51,032 bases of DNA. Origin: Bacteroidota bacterium. Lineage in GTDB: Bacteria; Bacteroidota; Bacteroidia; Bacteroidales; CAIXTV01. The notes beneath the pieces are model-generated. The model was not told where the DNA came from. It worked only from the letters and a program-made list of their open reading frames with translations, and did not search any database. Of the stretch, positions 29,401 to 41,400 are shown in pieces (the first letter of the stretch is position 1; each line of letters starts with the position of its first letter). Where the stretch lies: the NCBI GenBank assembly GCA_037144095.1, contig JBAWXL010000001.1, forward strand, positions 1 through 51,032, given 5' to 3'. The position numbers were made by a program, and so were the translations under genes.

Positions 29401-32400
29401 GCACTTATGGTGGCGGTGGCGGCGGCGGCTATTACGGCGGCGGTGGCGGCGGTTATGGTGGCGGTGGCGGCGGAAGTAGTTATACTTCAGGTAGCCTAAT
29501 TGACGATTTACAAGGTGTAAGAAGCGGAAATGGACAAATTATTATTTCATGGAGTGCACAAGGATGTGCAAGCTTATCCCGAACACCTGTAGTAATAGAT
29601 ATTAAGCCAGTTCCAGTAGTATCAGCTTTGAGCAATAGTCCATTATGTGGAACTTCAACACTTAATTTAACAGGAGAAGGCGGAGTTTCATATTCTTGGT
29701 CAGGTCCGAATAGTTTTAGTTCTACTGAACAGAATCCAATAATTACCAACGTTACTACTGCAAATGCAGGACGTTATTTTGTAACAGTTACAGGTGAAAA
29801 TGGCTGCACAGCAATCGCTTATACCGATGTTATAGTAAATTCATTGCCTTTGTTAACTTCAACGAGCAACAGCCCGATATGCGAAGGATCAACCCTTAAT
29901 TTAACTTCAAGTGAAGGTGTTTCTTATTCATGGACAGGTCCCAATGGTTTTTCTTCCACTGACCGAAATCCTACTTTAAATAATGTAACGCTTGGAGCAT
30001 CCGGAATTTATTCAGTTTCAGTAATGTTTGCAAATGGATGTTTAGTTTCAGTTTTTGATACAGTGTTGGTTCAACCATTATTTGACCCTATTTCCAATAT
30101 TACAGCTACTTCGCCTATTTCTTGTGGACAATCCTCTAGCCTCAATGCCACATCTTTAGGCGGTTCTATTAATTGGTATACTGATGCAATTGGAGGAATT
30201 CCTATTGGCAACTCCAATAGTGGTGCTGATTTCTCTGTATCTCCTACAGTAACAACAATCTATTATGCTGAATCACACAACACATGTTCAAGTGCTATCA
30301 GGACTTCAGTGACAGTTATTGTAAACAGTATAGAAGCTCCTACCAATGCTAATGCATCATCCCCTTCAATTTGTAGTGGAGATTCAACTAATTTAAGTGC
30401 TATTTCAACAGCAAATCTCATATATTGGTATTCATCACCTGTTGGTGGTTCAATTGTTGGAATTAGCAATAGTGGGTCTAATTTTAATGTTAAACCAGAT
30501 TCAACAACCACTTATTATGCGGAAGCAAATAATGTTTTGGTCAATGGAGGACTAGATAGTTTAACTTTTAATTATACAGGCGGAGAACAAACATTTACTG
30601 TTCCTATGGGCGTTAATACTGTTACCATTGAAGCATTTGGAGCTCAAGGCAGCGGAGGCAATGGAGGCTATGGTGGTTTTGCAAAAGGAACAATGAGCGT
30701 TATTCCAGGTCAGGTTTTAAATGTTTATGTTGGAGGTCAGACAGGCTACAATGGTGGTGGTAACGGATGGGCAAGCACTATTAGAAATGGCGGTGGGGCT
30801 TCGGATGTTCGATTAGGTGGAACTGCTTTAACAAATCGCATTATTGTTGCTGGTGGCGGTGGATCCAGTTCTGGCGATGGTAATTATCAAGGAGGAGTAG
30901 GTGGCGGTGGAGTACCTATTGGACTTAATTTTGTTGGTGGAGGCGGAGGAATAGGCTATGGTGGATACGGTGGTGCTGGTTCAATTGATGGCGGCACAGG
31001 AAATACTTCTTGCCATGCAGGAGGAGCAGGTGGTGGTGGAATGAATAGTGGTGGAAGCCCCTCTTGTAATACATGTTATACAGGTTCGTGTGGAACGGCA
31101 GGAACATTAGGACAAGGTGGAAATGGAGATACCTGGGAGAATGGATATTGCCATAATTCTGTTGGTGGCACTTCTGGTGGTGGTGGTGGTTATTTTGGTG
31201 GTGGTGGAACATCAACAGGAAATTGCGGTGGCGGTGGTGGCGGTGGCGGTTCCTCTTGGACTGGAACCCTAACCAATCCTTCTTTTATTGCTGGCTCACA
31301 AAGTGGCAATGGACAAGTGGTGATTTCATGGAATTCAATGCCGGTTACTTGCCCTTCTTCTTCTCGTACTCCTGTTACAGTTACAGTAAATCCAGCATTT
31401 ACAGTAATCGCATCAAGCAATAGTCCATTATGTGTTGGAAATACACTTAATTTGACTTCAAGTGATGGAGTTTCTTATCTTTGGACAGGTCCTGACAACT
31501 TTACATCAACAGAACAGAATCCATCAATTCCCAATGTTAAATGGTCTGCAAGTGGAACCTATACAGTCACAGTCACAAATGAATTTGGTTGTTCAAAAAC
31601 AGCAACAACAAATGTGATTATAGATAATTTTAATGGAACAATTATACCTCAAGGGTCTACAACTTTTTGTATGGGAGGAAGTGTATTATTATCTTCTACC
31701 ACAGGAAATGGATATTCTTACCAATGGAAACTAAATGGAAACGAAATTCCTGGAGCTACAAATTCTACTTATAGCGCAGATTCTTCAGGAGATTACACAG
31801 TATTTGTTACCAATTCAAATGGATGCACAGCTACTTTTGGTAGTGATTTAGTATCAAGTGCTGGTGGATATAGTATTCATAAATTTCTTTCAAATGGCAC
31901 TTTTGTTGTTTCTTCTGACATAAATGCCAAAGTTTTAGTGGTTGCTGGCGGTGGCGGCGGTGGTACCAATATGGGCGGCGGCGGTGGCGGTGGCGGTGTT
32001 ATTTATGACACTAGCTATGCAATTTCTCCGGGCTCATATGCAATAACTGTTGGAACGGGAGTAGCCGGAGCACCCGCAGGCACAGGTGGTCATCCTAATA
32101 TTCCCGGAAGTAATGGTGGGAATTCAATATTCAGCACACTAACTGCTATTGGTGGTGGATATGGTGGTACTTCACCTAATAGTATGGGAATTCAAGTTGG
32201 GAATTCAGGAGGATCCGGAGGTGGTACCTCAGGATATAACGATAATTGGGTTTCCCCTGGTTATTATGGTTCAGGTGAAGGAACTCTAGGTCAAGGCTAT
32301 CGGGGCGGATACCAAGGCAACCAATATTATTCCGGTGGTGGTGGAGGTGCTGGAGGTGCTGGAGCTGATGGAAATAATCAGGCAAATGGCGGGCCTGGTC

Positions 32401-35400
32401 TTTATTGTGATATCCTTGGCACAAGTTACTATTGGGGTGGCGGCGGCGGCGGTGCAGGTTATAGCATTGGCGGTGGCAATGGAGGCATTGGCGGCGGCGG
32501 CGGCGGTGCCATTGGAATAACCACAGGCGGTGCAGGTTATAATAATGGATTACCTGGAACAGATGGATGCACAAGTTGTCAGGCGAATGTACCTGGAGGA
32601 AACGCAGGTGCCAACACTGGAGGTGGTGGCGGTGGCGGTTCACATTATAATTATAATAATAAAGGTGGTGATGGTGGTTCAGGTATTGTTGTTATTGCTG
32701 TTCCAAATTCGATAGATTCTGGAATAAGTTCTCCAGTATCAGTTGTTGTCAGACCATTCCAGACGCCTAATCCTATGATTACAGCAAATGGACCAACTAC
32801 ATTCTGCTCAGGAAATAGTGTGACTTTAGATGCAGGCTCATATAGTTCATATATTTGGAGCTCAGGAAGTATAAGTGAATCAATCAATGTTTCAAATGGT
32901 GGAGTTTATTCTGTAACGATAACAGATGAAAATGGATGTATTGGCTCAACCTCTCAAAATGTTACCGTTAATCCTAATCCAACTTATCCATACATTAGCC
33001 TCAATGGCTCTGCAACATTTTGTGAGGGAGGATCTTTAGTGATGGATGCAGTTGGAGGTTTTTCTTCGTTTGTTTGGAGTAATGGTGTTACATCAGAAAC
33101 AGATACAGTGACATCAACAGGATATTATGTTGTAACTGTAACCAATGAATTTGGATGTGTTAATTCTGCTTCTATTTATATTCAGGTTAATCCTAATCCT
33201 ATTGTTAATATTAGTGCAAATGGACCAGTTGTTTTCTGTCCTGGTGGTTCAGTGGCTTTAGATGCTGGTAGTTATGCTTCTTATTTATGGAATACAAATG
33301 AAGTCACTAAAACAATTACAACATCGAATACTGGAATATATTCGGTGACTGTTACTGATGGAAATGGATGTACTGGTTCTGCTTCACAAGAAGTGACCGT
33401 TAATGGTGTTAAACCGATTGTTACTTGTCCTTCTGATCAGATATTAATTTCAAGTTCTGATCAATGTGGAGCGAATGCTTCATTTACAGCTTCAACAGAT
33501 TTCGGAACTCTTTCTTACTCTTTATATTCCGGAGAAATCACATCTCCATATTTTTTCCCTGTAGGAAACAATATTGTAACTACGATTGCTACTAATGGAA
33601 CTTGTTACGATACATGTATTTTTAATATAACAGTTAATGATACTACTGCCCCTGTTATTTCTGATTGTCCTTCAAATATTGTTCAGACCTGTCAGGGTGC
33701 TGTTTATTATACTGTTCCAACAGTTACTGATAATTGTAATTCCAGTGTTTCAGGAAGTCATACATTTAATTACACAGGATCTCCTGAAACATTTATTGTT
33801 CCAGATGGTGTATTCTCAATAACTGTTAAAGCGTGGGGAGCTGGTGGTGGCGGAGGAGGTCATGATGGACGATTTGGTGGAAATGGAGGTGGTGGCGCTT
33901 TTGTAAAAAGCAACATTCCCGTTAATCCAGGTGAAGTTTTAACTTTATATGTTGGTGGTGGTGGGACATTTGGCGTTGGATGTAATTCCAATAGTGGCCA
34001 TGGAACAGGTGGTTTCGGATTTGGTACTGGAGGAAACGGAGGTGACCCGGGCCCTTGTGGTTGTTCTGGAGCTGGCGGTGGCGGTGGCGGTGGATCTGCA
34101 GTAGTTCATGGAATAACTCCTTTGCTTGTAGCAGCTGGCGGTGGCGGTGGCGGTGGTGCAGGAAATGATGTTGATGCTGGCAATGGCGGCGGAGGTAATG
34201 TAAATGGATATGGTACTAATAATTCATCAGGAGGAAATTTTGGCGCAAATGGTATTAATGTTGGGACTAATGGAGAAAACAGGAGCAGTTCATTATGCGA
34301 TGGAGGTTCTGGTGGTGGTGGCGGCGGCGGTTTCCACGGTGGATTAGGCGGAAGCTCTCCATTTAATGGCGATGCATCTGGTGGTGGTGGTGGTGGTGGA
34401 TCCAGTTTGGGCGATTCCATTGCTAACGGAATTGAAAAAATTGCTGGAAATTCCTTTCTTCTTAGTGCGTTATGCCCAACCTGCTCAACTGGTGGAAGTG
34501 GACAAAATAATGGTAGTTATGGACAAACATCTGGTGGTGATGGATTGCTGGTAATATCTTATGATGCAGTTTTTCCAAAATTAATTCAAACCGCTGGATT
34601 AAATTCAGGAGATGTATTTCCAACAGGAACAACGACAAATACATTTTTAGCTATTGATGGATCCGGAAATACAACAACTTGTTCATTCACTGTAACAGTT
34701 CAGGATAGTATTTTGCCAAAAATAATAACCAACGGAAACACTACTTTCTGTGAGGGAGGTAATGTTGTTTTAGATGCAGGCTCATATTTATCTTATGTTT
34801 GGAATACTGGAGATTCAACAGAAACAATTACTGCTGTTACTGGTGGCGTGTATTCTGTTACAGTTACTAATGGAAATGGTTGTGCTGGTGTAGCTTCAAT
34901 CACACTTATTAGAAACCCAAAACCTGCTCCAACTATTACTGGTGGATCTATGTTCTGCACAAGTGGGATTATTGATGCTGGGATATATAACTCTTATTTG
35001 TGGAATGATGAATCCACACAGGAAACATTAACCGTTACCAGTACAGGGAACTATTCTGTTACTGTAACGGACGGAAATGGGTGTATAGGGACTTCAAGTT
35101 TGGGTGTGGTCGTAAATTCATTACCATCAAATGCCCAAATGATTTCTGGTGCAAACATTGTTTGTCAAGGTCAAAGCGAAACTTTTTCTGTTCCTCAAAT
35201 TAACAATGCAGATTATTATGTTTGGTCTTTGCCTTCGGGTGCAACAGGGTCAAGCTCTTTAGATTCAATAATTGTGAGTTTTAACAATTCTGCAATTTCC
35301 GGAAATATTTCTGTTTTTGGTCATAATAGTTGTGGAGATGGTCTTTCCTCCTCATTATATACTGCAGTAAATCCCCTTCCATCTGGTATTATTACATCTC

Positions 35401-38400
35401 AAGGTTCAACTACTTTTTGTCAGGGAGGAAGTGTTTTATTATCAACTACTTATAATTCAGATTATTCTTATCAATGGACAAATAATGGAAATAATATACT
35501 CGGAGCGACAAATTCAACTTATATTGCCGAATTTGCAGGTATCTTTTCTGTTATTGTAACTAATAGTAATGGTTGTTCATCAACAATTGGCAGCGATTTG
35601 CCGACAGGAGGGACTTTGACTAATATTGGTGGTTATCGAATTCATACATTTACTTCTGATGATACCCTAAATGTTCCTTTTGGTTTTAATACTAATGCAA
35701 GAGTATTAGTTGTTGCTGGTGGTGGTGGTGGTTGTACTGCAGGAGGAGGAGGTGCAGGTGGTTTTATTGAAACAATGGTACCTCTTTCATCCGGTATTAT
35801 TCCTATAACTGTTGGTGCAGGTGGAAATGGCTCTGATGGGAATTCCCCGACAAATGGAGGCAACTCTGTTTTTCAATCATTAATTGCAATCGGTGGCGGT
35901 GGCGGTGGTGGAGCAAATGGTACTGCAACCGCAGGACATGCTGGAGGATCTGGCGGTGGCGGTGGTATGAACTCAAGTATTTCAATTGAAAACGGATATG
36001 GAGGTTCAGGAACTCCAGGGCAAGGTCATGACGGTGGAACTATTGCAGGTCAAAGTTGTAGTCCATGTGGTGGTGGTGGTGGTGCCGGAGGTCCTGGTGG
36101 GGCAGGTGCATATGGTCAAATGTTTGGTGGCCCTGGTTTACCATCTTCTATTTCTGGAACTACAGTTTATTATGCCGGAGGTGGCGGTGGCGGATCATAT
36201 TGTGCTGGTGCAGGACAAGGAGGAATCGGCGGAGGTGGTGCAGGTAATGGAGGATATGGAAGTCCTGGTAATTCTGGAACTCCAAATACCGGAGGTGGCG
36301 GAGGTGGTGCTAATTGGGGACCAGGCGGTGGTGCAGGAGGCTCTGGAATTGTCATTGTAGCTTATCCTGATTCTATAACATCATCAATAACCGTTACAAT
36401 AAATACCGACTCTCCTGTTCCTGGATTTATAGTTTCTGATACTATTCCAGTTGTTGGAGAATTAGTTGCTTTTACTGACACGACACATGGACTTGGAAAT
36501 TCAAGGTTTTGGAATTTTGGGGATGGATCAACTTCAACTGATTTAAACCCTATCCATGCTTATACTCAAGGAGGAATTTTTAATGTAAAACTGATAGAAT
36601 CTAATTGTGCAGGTTCAGATTCAATATTTGAAATTGTACATGTTACTTACCAGATGTGTACAAATTCATCAACTACTGATTCTTATGGAACATTATATGA
36701 TTCTGGCGGCCCCAACAATAATTATAATAGCAATGAAAATTGTTCTTTCCTGATTAATCCGGGTTGCTTAGCAATACTTTTAGATATTACTTCTCTTAAT
36801 ACCGAAAACGGATATGATTATTTGAATTTATATGATGGTGACAATTCAAGTGCACCATTGTTATTACATGCTACTGGAAATATATTGCCGGGCGTTGTGA
36901 CTGCAACTTCAGGAAAATGTTTTGTAACTTTCCATAGTGACGGCTCTGTTGTTGGAAGCGGCTTTACACTTAATTGGACAACTGCCCCACTTACAATTCC
37001 AAGTTCAGCATTTACAATTTCAAATCCTAACCCAATAGCAGGACAATCCGTTGCTTTCATAAATAACACTTCTGGTACCAATACCCAATTATGGCATTTC
37101 GGAGATGGATCAACTTCTACTGATCTTAACCCAACTCATACTTATAACACAGGAGGAATATTTGATATAACATTGGTTGAAATGAATTGTGCAGGCTCAG
37201 ATTCCATAACCCAAACTATAACTGTTGTGCCTCAAGGAACCTATTACCGTATTTGTGCCGATGCATCCAGTTCAGATGCTAGTGGAACATTATTTGATAT
37301 TGGTGGACCTAATCTGAATTATGAAAACAATGAAAACTGTAATTTCCTAATTAACCCAGGTTGCTTAGCAGTAACGTTGAGTTTAACATCTCTTAATACA
37401 GAGAACGGATATGATTATTTGAACTTGTATGATGGAGATAATTCAAATGCTCCATTGTTATTACATGCTACAGGAAGCACATTGCCTGGTGCTGTAACTG
37501 CAACATCAGGAAAATGTTATGTGACTTTCCATAGTGATGGTTCTGCGGTGGGAAGCGGCTTTACACTTAATTGGACAACTGCTCCACTTGTAGTTTCGCA
37601 ACCAGGATTTATAATTTCAAATACAAGTCCGATTGTTGGCCAACCGATTGCTTTTGCTGATACTACTCATGGAAATGGAAATACAAGGTTATGGGATTTT
37701 GGAGATGGAAATATTTCTATTGATTTGAATCCTACGCATTTTTATTCGGACGGTGGAACATACAATATAAAATTGATTGAATATAATTGTTCAGGTTCAG
37801 ATTCTGTGACAAAAACCATCAATGTTCAGAATAACTCTGTTCAGGTTCAGGATGTGACAATCTGTGAAGGAAATTCAGGCGTACTTGCAGCACATTTAAC
37901 CTATGAATGTGCTTCAAGTTATTTGTGGAATACAGGTGAAACCACGGGATCAATAGATGTAACATCAGGTGGAATATACTGCGTGACTGTAACAGACTGT
38001 TTTGGAAACTCTGATGTAACTTGCGCTTCTGTTAATATGAATTTATTGCCTGAAGCTGCAGGATTAATTACTGGATCAGCTTTTGTTTGTTCTGGCCAAA
38101 ATGAAGTTGCTTATATTATTGATACCATACCTAACGCAACAAGTTATATTTGGACTCTTCCTAACGGAACCACAGGAGTAAGCAATAATCGTTATATTGT
38201 TATTAATTATACTGATAATGCTGTTTCTGGTGACATTACGGTTAAAGGTTTAAACAGTTGTGGTGAAGGTATTACTTCAACTTTGCATATTACAGTGAAA
38301 CCACTACCTGTTATTAGCTATACTTCAATTCCTTCATTAAATGTCTGTATAGGTGATTCTATAACTCTAAATGGAACGGGAGCATCTTATTATAGCTGGT

Positions 38401-41400
38401 CGAATGAAATTAATGATGGAGTAACATTTGTCCCAATTAATTCTTCAACGTATTATGTTACAGGAACAGATTCTACCGGATGTTCAGCGATTGCACAGGT
38501 TCATGTCACAGTTGGTGGAACTTTTGATCTTTCGACATCTTTTGTTGATGCTACTTGTGGACAAACTAATGGTAGTGCCTCAGTAATGGCTTTGGGCGGA
38601 AATATTGGAAGTAGTTCTCCTGAAACATATAATTATTTGTGGGATTCCAATGCAGGAAATCAAACTACCGCCACAGCAAATTCAATTGGTGCTGGCTCTT
38701 ATTCAGTTACTGTAACGGATGCTAATGGATGTTCAAAAACGACATCTGTTTCTATATCTGATATACAGGATACTTTAGGAGGTCATATACAAGGGAGTAC
38801 AACTGTGTGTGCAGGGACAAATTCTACCTTGCTAACCTTAAGTGGGTATTCAGGTAATATTATTAAATGGCAATCCTCTCAGGACAACTGGAATACTTTT
38901 AACGATATTACCAATACATCCAATACTTTTACTGTGGAAAACCTAATTAATACTACCCAATATCGTGCAATTGTTCAAAATGGTATGTGTAACCCTGTTT
39001 ATTCAACAATTGCGACTATTACCGTTCATTTATTAGTTGAAGCTGCAGGGGAAATCACCGGACCCATTAGAGTATGTCAGGGCCAAAGCAATGTTTTATA
39101 CAGCGTACCTCCAATAATAAATGCTACTTCTTATATTTGGACTTTACCAAATGGAACGATGGTAAGCACTGTTAAGGATAGTTTGTTTGTTAACTTTACG
39201 AGCAATTTGATCTCTGGAAATATTGCCGTTAAGGGTCATAATGATTGTGGAGATGGAGTTGGGTCAGTTTTGGCAATTGATGTAAATCCATTGCCTGGAC
39301 AACCTGGTTCAATTTCAGGAAATGCCAATATATGTCTAAGCCAGAATCAGTATATGCAAACTTATTCTGTTGCGCCTGTTACAGATGCATTGACTTATAT
39401 ATGGAGTCTCCCCTCTGGAATAATGGGTTCAAGCGATTCAAGTTCTATCAATGTGTATTTAATTTCAGAAGCAAATGGCTATATTACTCTAAAGGGAGAG
39501 AACTCTTGTGGGTTTGGGCCTTCCTCACAATTCCATGTTGTAATAAATTCACCTTCAATTGCTCCCACTGAAATAAGTGGTGAAATTTCCAAATGCATTG
39601 GTTCGAGTGCAACACTTTATGTTAACGGTGGATTTTTAGGTTCAGGAGCTACCTGGCACTGGTATTCTGATAATTTAGGTAATAATCCTTTAGGTACAGG
39701 GTCATCCATTAGTCTTATCCCTGTGTTGAATGACATGCTTTATGTTAGAGCAGAAGGTATTTGTAATAATACTGATTTTGCTGTTAGAACAGTAACCGAG
39801 CCTATCAATCATCCTCCTACATTATCATATACTGGAAATCCAGGATTTACAAATCATTTTGTTGATCCTACCGATGGTCTTCCTTCAGGTCATTTTATTT
39901 TTAAGGTTCGATATACAAATGTTGATGGATTAATGCCTTCTGCAACTTACCCAAGAGTAATGCTTGATTTTGAAGGTAATGGTGTTTACACAAATCCAAA
40001 TGACAGAATGTTCTATATGAACCCTGTTGACCCAAATGACTTAGATGTAACCGACGGAAAAGATTACTATTATGATGCATTTACTCTTCCTGAATCTGCA
40101 AACTGGACAACAACTTTTGTAGCAAGTGATGATTCAACTTGCTCAACATCAACTAATACTTTGGTTGAACCAATGGTAATGACAAAAGCTGATATCACTA
40201 TTTTCGCAAATGATATAACTTTCTCAAATTATCATCCGAATCCTAGTGATTTTATAACCGTTAATGCTACAGTTCATAATTATTCAGGACGTTCAGCCGA
40301 TGAGTTTATTGTTCACTTGAGAAATCAATTTGATACAACAGTTGTTTTCCCGGATATTCTAATTCATCATCTGGGTCCTTATAGTTCTACTAATGTTTCC
40401 TGGGATATTCAAACACCGGATCTTCCAGCATGGTGTCCAATGCAGGTATTTATTGATTATACTAATGTTATTGATGAACCTAATGAACTCGATAATCAGG
40501 CAATCCGTCCATTCACAAATGGGCATTATACTTTACCGGGAAAAATTATGATAACCGCTTATCCAAGTCCTACCGTTGCACCTCGGTATTCCAATGTAAC
40601 TATTAGTGGAAGCGCTTGGTACGTGGGTACCGCTGTACATTTGACAGATTCTTCCTGTGCTGGAGCTACTGTTACATGGAATGTTGTTGAAACTGGGGCT
40701 ACGGGAAGCACTTATTCAAATTCATTAGGCAACTATAGTTTTGGTATTTGGGCACCTTGGAGTCCGAGTACATATCATGTGAAAGTTCACATTACAGACT
40801 ACACTTTAGATGGCGATACTGCAACTCAATTTGATATAACTGAGTCTGTATGTATTGCTCCTGATCTGGTTTCTTCAATAAACATTGGACCTGCAACTGT
40901 TTGGCCCGGATGGTGTCATTGGAATAGCTGCGTTAATATTCTTTTAAATCAAGCTTTAAGCGGAACAGTCACTGTTACAAACCAAGGGAATGCCCCAAGT
41001 GGTCCTTCTACATTAAATATCGATGCCAATGGTTGTTTACCTAATCCTTCGGGAAATTATCCAATACCAGCATTAGCAATTGGAGCTTCTTTTGTTGTTA
41101 ATCTACCTCCAGCTATGACATATAATACCCTAGGAGGCTACGGTATTTCGTCAACAGCAGATGTATTCGGAGTTGTTCCTGAATGTTATGAATACAATAA
41201 CAGCAATTCGGTGTGCATCATGGTTCATCCACCTATGCCTGATATTGTTTCATCAGGCTATCTATATAATGAATACAATGAATGTCAGTTTAACAATATT
41301 ACATTTAATTTGGATAATCAAGGTGGTGTAGCTACAGGTCCTTTTGAAAACTCATTAGATATTTATCTGGGAGGTATTTATCAGACGACTCTTTACAATA

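Noticed and set aside
31190-36355. Minus-strand Pro-rich ORFs and + strand off-frame ORFs inside the giant gene (for example 31190..31420, 34106..34420, 36170..36355, 35986..36360, 32176..32643).
   Set aside because: They coincide exactly with the GGT/GGC-rich glycine modules. The reverse complement of poly-Gly codons reads as poly-Pro/Thr, and shifted frames read as Val/Trp/Arg runs. They are shadows of the 7,166-codon ORF.
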